Assembly (NCBI GenBank): GCA_964016885.1
Contig: OZ024741.1
Span: 5,022,001-5,086,000, forward strand
Reading direction: 5' to 3'
Source: Eledone cirrhosa
Lineage: Eukaryota
Length of the DNA: 64,000 bases
The notes under the pieces are model-generated. The model had not been told where the DNA came from and did no database searches. It worked only from the letters and a program-made list of their open reading frames with translations. The stretch's first letter is position 1, and each line of letters starts with the position of its first letter. Below, piece by piece: positions 28,301 to 42,100 of the stretch. Position numbers and translations under genes: made by a program.

Positions 28301-31300
28301 CCCTAAATTATAGTGTTTAGAGAATGTTAGAACTGTTTAGAAGGTGGGGCTATGTTGAAACTGGAGAGTTAGCCCTAAATTATAGTGTTTAGTGAATGTT
28401 AGAACTGTTTAGAAGGTGGCGAGTATGTTGAAACTGGAGAGTTAGCCCTATATTATAGTGTTTAGTGAATGTTAAAACTGTTTAGAAGGTGGGGGTATGT
28501 TGAAACTGGAGAGTTAGCCCTATATTATAGTGTTTAGTGAATGTTAAAACTGTTTAGAAGGTGGGGCTATGTTGAAACTGGAGAGTTAGCCCTATATTAT
28601 AGTGTTTAGTGAATGTTAAAACTGTTTAGAAGGTGAGGGTATGTTGAAACTGGACAGTTACCCCTAAATTATAGTGTTTAGTGAATGTTAGAACTGTTTA
28701 GAAGGTGGGGGGTATGTTGAATCTGGAGAGTTAGCCCTAAATGATAGTGTTTAGTGAATGTTAGAACTGTTTAGAAGGTGGGGGTATGTTGAAACTGGAC
28801 AGTTAACCCTAAATTATAGTGTTTGGTGAATATTAAACTGTTTAGAAGGTGGGGGTATGTTGAGACTGGACAGTTATCCTTAAATTATAGTGTTTAGTGA
28901 ATGTGAGACTGTTTAGAAGTTGGGTGGAGGGTATGTTGAAACTGGACAGTTAACCCTAAATTATAGTGTTTAGTGAATGTTAGAACCGTTTAGAAGGTGC
29001 GGGGTATGCTGAATCTGGAGAGTTAGCCCTAAATTATAGTGTTTAGTGAATGTTACAACTGTTTAGAAGGTGGGGTATGTTGAAACTGGAGAGTTAACCC
29101 TAAATTATAGTGTTTAGTTAATTTTAGAACTGTTTAGAAGGTGGGGGTATGTTGAATCTGGAGTTAGCCCTAAATTATAGTGTTTAGTGAGGTTAGAACT
29201 GTTTAGAAGGTGGAGGGTAGGTTGAAACTGGAGAGTTAGCCCTAAATTATAGTGTTTAGTGAATATTAAAACTGTTTACGTGGGGGTATGTTGAAACTGG
29301 AGAATTAGCCCTAAATTATAGTGTTTAGTGAATGTTAGAACTGTTTAGAAGGTGGGGGTATGTTTAAACTGGAGAGTTAGCCCTAAATTATAGTGTTTAG
29401 TAAATGTTAACACTGTTTAGAACGTGGGGTATGTTGAAACTGGACAGTTAAGCATAAATCAGTGTTTCGTGAATGTTAGAACTGTTTAGAAGGTGGGGGT
29501 ATGTTGAAACTGGAGAGTTAGCCCTAAATTATAGTGTTTAGTGAATGTTTGAACTGTTTAGAAGGTGGGGGATATGCTGAATCTGGAGAGTTAGCCCTAA
29601 ATTATAGTGTTTAGTGAATGTTAGAACTGTTTAGAAGGTGGGGGGTATGTTGAATCTGGAGAGTTAGCCCTAAATTATAGTGTTTAGTGAATGTTAGAAC
29701 TGTTTAGAAGTTGGGTGGGGGGTATGTTGAAACTGGACAGTTGTCCCTAAATTATAGTGTTTAGTGAATGTTAGAACGGTTTTGACAATGTGGTGGTTAT
29801 GTTGAAACTGGACAGTTACCCCTAAATTATAGTGTTTAGTGAATGTTAGAACTGTTTAGAAGGTGGGGGTATGTTGAAACTGGACAGTTAACCCTAAATT
29901 ATAGTGTTTGGTGAATATTAAACTGTTTAGAAGGTGGGGGTATGTTGAAACTGGACAGTTATCCTTAAATTATAGTGTTTAGTGAATGTGAGACTGTTTA
30001 GAAGTTGGGTGGAGGGTATGTTGAAACTGGACAGTTAACCCTAAATTATAGTGTTTAGTGAATGTTAGAACCGTTTAGAAGGTGCGGGGTATGCTGAATC
30101 TGGAGAGTTAGCCTTAAATTATAGTGTTTAGTGAATGTTAGAACTGTTTAGGTGGGGGTATGTTGAAACTGGAGAGTTAGCCCTAAATTATAGTGTTTAG
30201 TGAATGTTACAACTGTTTAGAAGGTGGGGTATGTTGAAACTGGAGTGTTAACCCTAAATTATAGTGTTTAGTGAATGTTAGAACTGTTTAGAAGGTGGGG
30301 GATATGTTGAATCTGGAGAGTTAGCCCTAAATTATAGTGTTTAGTGAATGTTAGAACTGTTTAGAAGGTGGGGGTATGTTGAATCTGGAGAGTTAGCCCT
30401 AAATTATAGTGTTTAGTAAATGTTAGAACTGTTTAGAAGGTGGAGGGTATGTTGAAACTGGAGAGGTAGCCCTAAATTATAGTGTTTAGTGAATGTTATA
30501 ACTCTTTAGAAGGTGGGGGTATGTTGAAACTGGAGAGTTAGCCCTAAATGATAGTGTTTAGTGAATGTTAGAACTATTTAGAAGGTGGGTGGGGGGTATG
30601 TTGAAACTGGACAGTTAACCCTAAATTATAGTGTTTAGTGATTGTTAGAACCGTTTAGAAGGTGGGGGGGGGGGGGTATGTTGTAACTGGGCAGTTAACC
30701 CTAAATTAGAGTGTTTAGTGAATGTTAGAACCGTTTAGAAGGTGGGGGGTATGTTGAAACTGGAGAGTTAGCCCTAAATGATAGTGTTTAATGAATGTTA
30801 GAACTGTTTAGAAGGTGGGTGGGGGGTATGTTGAAACTGGACAGTTAACCCTAAATTATAGTGTTTAGTGAATGTTAGAACGGTTTAGAAAGTGGGGGTT
30901 ATGTTGAAACTGGACAGTTAACCCTAAATTATAGTGTTTAGTGAATGGTAGAACTGTTTAGAAGTCGGGTGGAGGGTATGTTGAAACTGGAGAATTAGCC
31001 CTAAATTATAGTGTTTAGTGAATGTTAAAACTGTTTAGAAGGTGGGGTATGTTGAAACTGGAGAGTTAACTCTAAATTATAGTTTTTAGTGAATGTTAGA
31101 ACTGTTTAGAAGGTGGGGGGTATGTTGAAACTGGGCAGTTAACCCTAAATTAAAGTGTTTTTTGAATGTTAGAACTGTTTAGAAGTCGGGTGGAGGGTAT
31201 GTTGAAACTGGACAGTTGACCCTAAATTATAGTGTTTAGTGAATGTTAGAACTGTTTAGAAGGTGGAGGGTATGTTGAAACTGGACAGTTGACCCTAAAT

Positions 31301-34300
31301 TATAGTGTTTAGTGAATGTTAGAACTGTTTAGAATGTGGGGGGGGATGTTGAAACTGAAGAGATAGCTCTAAATTATAGTTTAGTGAATGTTAGAACTGT
31401 TTAGAAGGTGGGGGGTATGTTGAATCTGGAGAGTTAGCCCTAAATTATAGTGTTTAGTGAATGTTAGAACTGTTTAGAAGGTGGAGGGCAATGTTGAAAC
31501 TGGAGAGTTAGCCCTAAATTATAGTGTTTAGTGAATGTTAGAACTGTTTAGAAGGTGGGAGTATGTTGAAACTGGAGAGTTAGCCCTAAATGATAGTGTT
31601 TAGTGAATGTTAGAACTGTTTAGAAGATGGGTGGGGGGTATGTTGAAACTGGACAGTTAACCCTAAATTATAGTGTTTTTTGAATGTTAGAACTGTTTAG
31701 AAGTCGGGTGGAGGGTATGTTGAAACTGGACAGTTAACCCTAAATTATAGTGTTTGGTGAATGTTAAACTGTTTAGAACGTGGGGGTATGTTGAAACTGG
31801 ACAGTTAACCCTAAATTATAGTGTTTAGTGAATGTTAGAACCGTTTAGAAGGTGGTGGGGTATGTTGAATCTGGAGAGTTATCCCTAAATTATAGTGTTT
31901 AGTGAATGTTAGAACTGTTTAGAAGGTGGAGGGTATGTTGAAACTGGAGAGTTAGCCCTAAATGATAGTGTTTAGTGAATGTTAGAACTGTTTAGATGGT
32001 GGGGTATGTTGAAACTGGAGAGTTAGCCCTAAATGATAGTGTTTAGTGAATGTTAGAACTGTTTAGAAGGTGGGTGGGGGGTATGTTGAAACTGGACAGT
32101 TAACCCTAAATTAGTGTTTAGTGAACGTTAGAACGGTTTAGAAAGTGGGGGTTATGTTGAAACTGGACAGTTAAGCCTAAATTATAGTGTTTAGTGAATG
32201 TTAGAACTGTTTAGAAGGTGGAGGGTATGTTGAAACTTGAGAGTTAGCCCTAAATTATAGTGTTTAGTGAATATTAACACTGTTTAGGTGGGGCGTATGT
32301 TGAAACTGGAGAGTTAGCCCTAAATGATAGTGTTTAGTGAATGTTAGAACTGTTTAGAAGGTGGGTGGGGGGTATGTTGAAACTGGGCAGTTAACCCTAA
32401 ATTATAGTGTTTAGTGAATGTTAGAACCGTTTAGAAGGTTGGGGGGTATGTTGAAACTGGAGTTAGCCCTAAATGATAGTGTTTAGTGAATGTTAGAACT
32501 GTTTAACAGGTGGGTGGGGGGTATGTTGAAACTGGACAGTTAACCCTAAATTATAGTGTTTAGTGAATGTTAGAACGGTTTAGAAAGTGGGGGTTATGTT
32601 GAAACTGGACAGTTAACCCTAAATTATAGTGTTTAGTGAATGTTAGAACTGTTTAGAAGGTGGAGGGTGTGTTGAAACTGGAGAGTTAGCCCTAAATTAT
32701 AGTGTTTAGTGAATGTTAAAACTGTTTAGAAGGTGGGGTATGTTGAAACTGGACAGTTAAGCCCAAATTATAGTGTTTAGTGAATGTTAGAACTGTTTAG
32801 GTGGGGGGTATGTTGAAACTGGAGAGTTAACCCTAAATGATAGTGTTTAGTGAATGTTAGAACTGTTTAACAGGTGGGTGGGGGGTATGTTGAAACTGCA
32901 CAGTTAACCCTAAATTATAGTGTTTAGTGAATGTTAGAACGGTTTAGAAAGTGGGGGTTATGTTGAAACTGGACAGTTAACCCTAAATTATAGTGTTTAG
33001 TGAATGTTAAAACTGTTTAGAAGGTGGGGTATGTTGAAACTGGACAGTTAAGCCCAAATTATAGTGTTTAGTGAATGTTAGAACTGTTTAGGTGGGGGGT
33101 ATGTTGAAACTGGAGAGTTAACCCTAAATTATAGTGTTTAGTGAATGTTAGAACTGTTTAGAAGTTGGGTGGGGGGTATGTTGAAACTGGACAGTTGTCC
33201 CTAAATTATAGTGTTTAGTGAATGTTAGAACGGTTTTGACAATGTGGGGGTTATGTTGAAACTGGACAGTTACCCCTAAATTATAGTGTTTAGTGAATGT
33301 TAGAACTTTTTAGAAGGTGGAGGGTATGTTGAAACTGGAGAGTTAGCCCTAAATTATAGTGTTTAGTGAATATTATAACTGTTTAGGTGGGGGTATGTTG
33401 AAACTGGAGAGTTAGCCCTAAATTATAGTGTTTAGTGAATGTTAGAACTGTTTAGAAGGTGGGGGTATGTTGAAACTGGAGAGTTAGCCCTAAATTATAG
33501 TGTTTAGTGAATGTTAAAACTGTTTAGAAGGTGGGGTATGTTGAAACTGGACAGTTAAGCCTAAATCAGTGTTTAGTGAATGTTAGAACCGTTTAGAAGG
33601 TGGGGGATATGTTGAATCTGGAGAGTTAGCCCTAAATTATAGTGATTAGTGAATGCTAGAACTGTTTAGAAGGTGGGGGGTATGTTGAATCTGGAGAGTT
33701 AGCCCTAAATTATAGAGTTTAGTGAATGTTAGAACTGTTTAGAAGGTGGAGGGTATGTTGAAACTGGACAGTTAACCCTAAATTATAGTGTTTTGTGAAT
33801 GTTAGAACCGTTTAGAAGGTGGGGGGTATGTTGAAACTGGAGAGTTAGCCCCAAATGATAGTGTTTAGTGAATGTTAGAACTGTTTAGAATGTGGGTGGG
33901 GGGTATGTTGAAACTGGACAGTTAACCCTAAATTATAGCGTTTAGTGAATGTTAGAACGGTTTAGAAAGTGGGGGTTATGTTGAAACTGGACAGTTAAGT
34001 CTAAATTATAGTGTTTAGTGAATGGTAAAATTGTTTAGAAGGTGGGGTATGTTGAAACTGGACACTTAACCCTAAATTATAGTGTTTAGTGAATGGTAAA
34101 ATTGTTTAGAAGGTGGGGTATGTTGAAACTGGACAGTTAACCCTAAATTATAGTGTTTAGTGAATGGTAAAATTGTTTAGGTGGGGGTATGTTGAAACTG
34201 GAGAGTTAGCCCTAAATTATAGTGTTTAGTGAATGTTAGAACTGTTTAGAAGGTGGGTGGGGGGTATGTTGAAACTGGACAGTTAACCCTAAATTATAGT

Positions 34301-35229
34301 GTTTAGTGAATGTTAAAACTGTTTAGATGGTGGGGGTATGTTGAAACTGGAGAATTAACCCTAAATTATAGTGTTTAGTGAATGTTAGAACTGTTTAGAA
34401 GGTGGGGGGTATGTTGAAACTGGACAGTTAAGCCTAAATTATAGTGTTGAGTGAATGTTAAAACTGTTTAGGTGGCGGTATGTTGAAACTGGACAGTTAG
34501 CCCTAAATTATAGTGTTTAGTGAATATTAAAACTGTTTAGAAGGTGGGGGGGTATGTTGAATCTGGAAAGTTAACCCTAAATTATAGTGTTTAGTGAATG
34601 GTAAAACTGTTTAGAAGGTGGGGTATGTTGAAACTGGACAGTTAACCCTAAATTATAGTGTTTAGTGAATGTTAGAACTGTTTAGGTGGGGGTATGTTGA
34701 AACTGGAGAGTTAGCCCTAAATTATAGTGTTTAGTGAATGTTAGAACTGTTTAGAAGGTGGGGTTTATGTTGAAACTGGAGAGTTAGCCCTAAATTATAG
34801 TGTTTAGAGAATGTTAGAACTGTTTAGAAGGTGGGGCTATGTTGAAACTGGAGAGTTAGCCCTAAATTATAGTGTTTAGTGAATGTTAGAACTGTTTAGA
34901 AGGTGGCGAGTATGTTGAAACTGGAGAGTTAGCCCTATATTATAGTGTTTAGTGAATGTTAAAACTGTTTAGAAGGTGGGGGTATGTTGAAACTGGAGAG
35001 TTAGCCCTATATTATAGTGTTTAGTGAATGTTAAAACTGTTTAGAAGGTGGGGCTATGTTGAAACTGGAGAGTTAGCCCTATATTATAGTGTTTAGTGAA
35101 TGTTAAAACTGTTTAGAAGGTGAGGGTATGTTGAAACTGGACAGTTACCCCTAAATTATAGTGTTTAGTGAATGTTAGAACTGTTTAGAAGGTGGGGGGT
35201 ATGTTGAATCTGGAGAGTTAGCCCTAAAT
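22237..35229. repeat. Near-identical ~6487-bp (~90-monomer) tandem duplication
   Basis: ATGTTGAGAC 22371/28857, AATGTGGTGG 23301/29787 and ACTGGAGAGG 23971/30457 (6486). GCACAG 26411/32898 and GAATGCT 27164/33651 (6487, after a one-G length difference). Confidence 0.9.
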
Positions 35230-38200
35230 TATAGTGTTTAGTGAATGTTAGAACTGTTTAGAAGGTGGAGGGTATGTTGAAACTGGAGAGTTAGCCCTAA
35301 ATTATAGTGTTTAGTGAATATTATAACTGTTTAGGTGGGGGTATGTTGAAACTGGAGAGTTAGCCCTAAATTATAGTGTTTAGTGAATGTTAGAACTGTT
35401 TAGAAGGTGGGGGTATGTTGAAACTGGAGAGTTAGCCCTAAATTATAGTGTTTAGTGAATGTTAAAACTGTTTAGAAGGTGGGGTATGTTGAAACTGGAC
35501 AGTTAAGCCTAAATCAGTGTTTAGTGAATGTTAGAACCGTTTAGAAGGTGGGGGATATGTTGAATCTGGAGAGTTAGCAATAAATTATAGTCATTAGTGA
35601 ATGCTAGAACTGTTTAGAAGGTGGGGGGTATGTTGAATCTGGAGAGTTAGCCCTAAATTATAGAGTTTAGTGAATGTTAGAACTGTTTAGAAGGTGGAGG
35701 GTATGTTGAAACTGGACAGTTAACCCTAAATTATAGTGTTTTGTGAATGTTAGAACCGTTTAGAAGGTGGGGGGTATGTTGAAACTGGAGAGTTAGCCCC
35801 AAATGATAGTGTTTAGTGAATGTTAGAACTGTTTAGAATGTGGGTGGGGGGTATGTTGAAACTGGACAGTTAACCCTAAATTATAGCGTTTAGTGAATGT
35901 TAGAACGGTTTAGAAAGTGGGGGTTATGTTGAAACTGGACAGTTAAGTCTAAATTATAGTGTTTAGTGAATGGTAAAATTGTTTAGAAGGTGGGGTATGT
36001 TGAAACTGGACACTTAACCCTAAATTATAGTGTTTAGTGAATGGTAAAATTGTTTAGAAGGTGGGGTATGTTGAAACTGGACAGTTAACCCTAAATTATA
36101 GTGTTTAGTGAATGGTAAAATTGTTTAGGTGGGGGTATGTTGAAACTGGAGAGTTAGCCCTAAATTATAGTGTTTAGTGAATGTTAGAACTGTTTAGAAG
36201 GTGGGTGGGGGGTATGTTGAAACTGGACAGTTAACCCTAAATTATAGTGTTTAGTGAATGTTAAAACTGTTTAGATGGTGGGGGTATGTTGAAACTGGAG
36301 AATTAACCCTAAATTATAGTGTTTAGTGAATGTTAGAACTGTTTAGAAGGTGGGGGGTATGTTGAAACTGGACAGTTAAGCCTAAATTATAGTGTTGAGT
36401 GAATGTTAAAACTGTTTAGGTGGCGGTATGTTGAAACTGGACAGTTAGCCCTAAATTATAGTGTTTAGTGAATATTAAAACTGTTTAGAAGGTGGGGGGG
36501 TATGTTGAATCTGGAAAGTTAACCCTAAATTATAGTGTTTAGTGAATGGTAAAACTGTTTAGAAGGTGGGGTATGTTGAAACTGGACAGTTAACCCTAAA
36601 TTATAGTGTTTAGTGAATGTTAGAACTGTTTAGGTGGGGGTATGTTGAAACTGGAGAGTTAGCCCTAAATTATAGTGTTTAGTGAATGTTAGAACTGTTT
36701 AGAAGGTGGGGTTTATGTTGAAACTGGAGAGTTAGCCCTAAATTATAGTGTTTAGAGAATGTTAGAACTGTTTAGAAGGTGGGGCTATGTTGAAACTGGA
36801 GAGTTAGCCCTAAATTATAGTGTTTAGTGAATGTTAGAACTGTTTAGAAGGTGGCGAGTATGTTGAAACTGGAGAGTTAGCCCTATATTATAGTGTTTAG
36901 TGAATGTTAAAACTGTTTAGAAGGTGGGGGTATGTTGAAACTGGAGAGTTAGCCCTATATTATAGTGTTTAGTGAATGTTAAAACTGTTTAGAAGGTGGG
37001 GCTATGTTGAAACTGGAGAGTTAGCCCTATATTATAGTGTTTAGTGAATGTTAAAACTGTTTAGAAGGTGAGGGTATGTTGAAACTGGACAGTTAACCCT
37101 AAATTATAGTGTTTAGTGAATGTTAGAACTGTTTAGAAGGTGGGGGGTATGTTGAATCTGGAGAGTTAGCCCTAAATTATAGTGTTTAGTGAATGTTAGA
37201 ACTGTTTAGAAGGTGGAGGGTATGTTGAAACTGGAGAGTTAGCCCTAAATTATAGTGTTTAGTGAATATTATAACTGTTTAGGTGGGGGTATGTTGAAAC
37301 TGGAGAGTTAGCCCTAAATTATAGTGTTTAGTGAATGTTAGAACTGTTTAGAAGGTGGGGGTATGTTGAAACTGGAGAGTTAGCCCTAAATTATAGTGTT
37401 TAGTGAATGTTAAAACTGTTTAGAAGGTGGGGTATGTTGAAACTGGACAGTTAAGCCTAAATCAGTGTTTAGTGAATGTTAGAACCGTTTAGAAGGTGGG
37501 GGATATGTTGAATCTGGAGAGTTAGCCCTAAATTATAGTGATTAGTGAATGCTAGAACTGTTTAGAAGGTGGGGGGTATGTTGAATCTGGAGAGTTAGCC
37601 CTAAATTATAGAGTTTAGTGAATGTTAGAACTGTTTAGAAGGTGGAGGGTATGTTGAAACTGGACAGTTAACCCTAAATTATAGTGTTTTGTGAATGTTA
37701 GAACCGTTTAGAAGGTGGGGGGTATGTTGAAACTGGAGAGTTAGCCCCAAATGATAGTGTTTAGTGAATGTTAGAACTGTTTAGAATGTGGGTGGGGGGT
37801 ATGTTGAAACTGGACAGTTAACCCTAAATTATAGCGTTTAGTGAATGTTAGAACGGTTTAGAAAGTGGGGGTTATGTTGAAACTGGACAGTTAAGTCTAA
37901 ATTATAGTGTTTAGTGAATGGTAAAATTGTTTAGAAGGTGGGGTATGTTGAAACTGGACACTTAACCCTAAATTATAGTGTTTAGTGAATGGTAAAATTG
38001 TTTAGAAGGTGGGGTATGTTGAAACTGGACAGTTAACCCTAAATTATAGTGTTTAGTGAATGGTAAAATTGTTTAGGTGGGGGTATGTTGAAACTGGAGA
38101 GTTAGCCCTAAATTATAGTGTTTAGTGAATGTTAGAACTGTTTAGAAGGTGGGTGGGGGGTATGTTGAAACTGGACAGTTAACCCTAAATTATAGTGTTT

Positions 38201-39180
38201 AGTGAATGTTAAAACTGTTTAGATGGTGGGGGTATGTTGAAACTGGAGAATTAACCCTAAATTATAGTGTTTAGTGAATGTTAGAACTGTTTAGAAGGTG
38301 GGGGGTATGTTGAAACTGGACAGTTAAGCCTAAATTATAGTGTTGAGTGAATGTTAAAACTGTTTAGGTGGCGGTATGTTGAAACTAGACAGTTAGCCCT
38401 AAATTAGTGTTTAGTGAATATTAAAACTGTTTAGAAGGTGGGGGGGTATGTTGAATCTGGAAAGTTAACCCTAAATTATAGTGTTTAGTGAATGGTAAAA
38501 CTGTTTAGAAGGTGGGGTATGTTGAAACTGGACAGTTAACCCTAAATTATAGTGTTTAGTGAATGTTAGAACTGTTTAGGTGGGGTATGTTGAAACTGGA
38601 GAGTTAGCCCTAAATTATAGTGTTTAGTGAATGTTAGAACTGTTTAGAAGGTGGGGTTTATGTTGAAACTGGAGAGTTAGCCCTAAATTATAGTGTTTAG
38701 AGAATGTTAGAACTGTTTAGAAGGTGGGGCTATGTTGAAACTGGAGAGTTAGCCCTAAATTATAGTGTTTAGTGAATGTTAGAACTGTTTAGAAGGTGGC
38801 GAGTATGTTGAAACTGGAGAGTTAGCCCTATATTATAGTGTTTAGTGAATGTTAAAACTGTTTAGAAGGTGGGGGTATGTTGAAACTGGAGAGTTAGCCC
38901 TATATTATAGTGTTTAGTGAATGTTAAAACTGTTTAGAAGGTGGGGCTATGTTGAAACTGGAGAGTTAGCCCTATATTATAGTGTTTAGTGAATGTTAAA
39001 ACTGTTTAGAAGGTGAGGGTATGTTGAAACTGGACAGTTAACCCTAAATTATAGTGTTTAGTGAATGTTAGAACTGTTTAGAAGGTGGGGGGTATGTTGA
39101 ATCTGGAGAGTTAGCCCTAAATTATAGTGTTTAGTGAATGTTAGAACTGTTTAGAAGGTGGAGGGTATGTTGAAACTGGA
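33308..39180. repeat. 1948-bp (27-monomer) higher-order repeat, three tandem copies
   Basis: GAATGCT at 33651, 35599 and 37547 (1948, 1948). GGTGGCGAG at 34902, 36850 and 38795 (1948, 1945). Confidence 0.9.
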
Positions 39181-42100
39181 CAGTTCAGCCTAAATCAGTG
39201 TTTAGTGAATGTTAGAACTGTTTAGAAGGTGGGGGTATGTTGAAACTGGAGAGTCAACCCTAAATTATAGTGTTTAGTGAATGTTAGAACTGTTTAGAAG
39301 GTGGGGGATATGTTGAATCTGGAGAGTTAGCCCTAAATTATAGTGTTTAGTGAATGTTAGAACTGTTTAGAAGGTGGGGGGTATGTTGAATCTGGAGAGT
39401 TAGGCCTAAATTATTGTGTTTAGTGAATGTTAGAACTGTTTAGAAGGTGGAGGGTATGTTGAAACTGGAGAGTTAGCCCTAAATGACAGTGTTTAGTGAA
39501 TGTTAGAACTGTTTAGAAGGTGGGGGTATGTTGAAACTGGACAGTTAACCCTAAATTATAGTGTTTGGTGAATATTAAACTGTTTAGAAGGTGGGGGTAT
39601 GTTGAAAATGGACAGTTATCCTTAAATTATAGTGTTTAGTGAATGTGAGACTGTTTAGAAGTTGGGTGGAGGGTATGTTGAAACTGGACAGTTAACCCTA
39701 AATTATAGTGTTTAGTGAATGTTAGAACCGTTTAGAAGGTGCGGGGTATGCTGAATCTGGAGAGTTAGCCCTAAATTATAGTGTTTAGTGAATGTTACAA
39801 CTGTTTAGAAGGTGGGGTATGTTGAAACTGGAGAGTTAACCCTAAATTATAGTGTTTAGTTAATTTTAGAACTGTTTAGAAGGTGGGGGTATGTTGAATC
39901 TGGAGTTAGCCCTAAATTATAGTGTTTAGTGAGGTTAGAACTGTTTAGAAGGTGGAGGGTAGGTTGGAACTGGAGAGTTAGCCCTAAATTATAGTGTTTA
40001 GTGAATATTAAAACTGTTTAGGTGGGGGTATGTTGAAACTGGAGAGTTAGCCCTAAATTATAGTGTTTAGTGAATGTTAGAACTGTTTAGAAGGTGGGGG
40101 TATGTTTAAACTGGAGAGTTAGCCCTAAATTATAGTGTTTAGTAAATGTTAAAACTGTTTAGAACGTGGGGTATGTTGAAACTGGACAGTTAAGCATAAA
40201 TCAGTGTTTAGTGAATGTTAGAACTGTTTAGAAGGTGGGGGTATGTTGAAACTGGAGAGTTAGCCCTAAATTATAGTGTTTAGTGAATGTTTGAACTGTT
40301 TAGAAGGTGGGGGATATGCTGAATCTGGAGAGTTAGCCCTAAATTATAGTGTTTAGTGAATGTTAGAACTGTTTAGAAGGTGGGGGGTATGTTGAATCTG
40401 GAGAGTTAGCCCTAAATTATAGTGTTTAGTGAATGTTAGAACTGTTTAGAAGGTGGGGGTGGGGGTATGTTGAAACTGGGCAGTTAACCCCAAATTATAG
40501 TGTTTAGTGAATGTTAGAACCGTTTAGAAGGTGGGGGGTATGTTGAAACTGGAGAGTTAGCCCTAAATGATAGTGTTTAATGAATGTTAGAACTGTTTAG
40601 AAGTGGGTGGGGGTATGTTGAAACTGGACAGTTAACCCTAAATTATAGTGTTTAGTGAATGTTAGAACGGTTTAGAAAGTGGGGGTTATGTTGAAACTGG
40701 ACAGTTAACCCTAAATTATAGTGTTTAGTGAATGTTAGAACTGTTTAGAAGGTGGAGGGTATGTTGAAACTGGAGAATTAGCCCTAAATTATAGTGTTTA
40801 GTGAATGTTAAAACTGTTTAGAAGGTGGGGTATGTTGAAACTGGAGAGTTAACCCTAAATTATAGTTTTTAGTGAATGTTAGAACTGTTTAGAAGGTGGG
40901 GGGTATGTTGAAACTGGACAGTTAACCCTAAATTAAAGTGTTTTTTGAATGTTAGAACTGTTTAGAAGTCGGGTGGAGGGTATGTTGAAACTGGACAGTT
41001 GACCCTAAATTATAGTGTTTAGTGAATGTTAGAACTGTTTAGAAGGTGGAGGGTATGTTGAAACTGGACAGTTAACCCTAAATTATAGTGTTTAGTGAAT
41101 GTTAGAACTGTTTAGAATGTGGGGGGTATGTTGAAACTGAAGAGATAGCCCTAAATTATAGTTTAGTGAGTGTTAGAACTGTTTAGAAGGTGGGGGGTAT
41201 GTTGAATCTGGAGAGTTAGCCCTAAATTATAGTGTTTAGTGAATGTTAGAACTGTTTAGAAGGTGGAGGGCAATGTTGAAACTGGAGAGTTAGCCCTAAA
41301 TTATAGTGTTTAGTGAATGTTAGAACTGTTTAGAAGGTGGGAGTATGTTGAAACTGGAGAGTTAGCCCTAAATTATAGTGTTTAGTGAATGTTAGAACTG
41401 TTTAGAAGATGGGTGGGGGGTATGTTGAAACTGGACAGTTAGCCCTAAATTATAGTGTTTAGTGAATGTTAGAACCGTTTAGAAGGTGGGGGGTATGTTG
41501 AATCTGGAGAGTTATCCCTAAATTATAGTGTTTAGTGAATGTTAGAACTGTTTAGAAGGTGGAGGGTATGTTGAAACTGGAGAGTTAGCCCTAAATGATA
41601 GTGTTTAGTGAATGTTAGAACTGTTTAGAAGGAGGGGTATGTTGAAACTGGAGAGTTAGCCCTAAATGATAGTGTTTAGTGAATGTTAGAACTGTTTAGA
41701 AGGTAGGTGGGGGGGTATGTTGAAACTGGACAGTTAACCCTAAATTAGTGTTTAGTGAACGTTAGAACGGTTTAGAAAGTGGGGGTTATGTTGAAACTGG
41801 ACAGTTAAGCCTAAATTATAGTGTTTAGTGAATGTTAGAACGGTTTTGACAATGTGGGGGTTATGTTGAAACTGGACAGTTACCCCTAAATTATAGTGTT
41901 TAGTGAATGTTAGAACTGTTTAGAAGGTGGGGGTATGTTGAAACTGGACAGTTAACCCTAAATTATAGTGTTTGGTGAATATTAAACTGTTTAGAAGGTG
42001 GGGGTATGTTGAAACTGGACAGTTATCCTTAAATTATAGTGTTTAGTGAATGTGAGACTGTTTAGAAGTTGGGTAGAGGGTATGTTGAAACTGGACAGTT

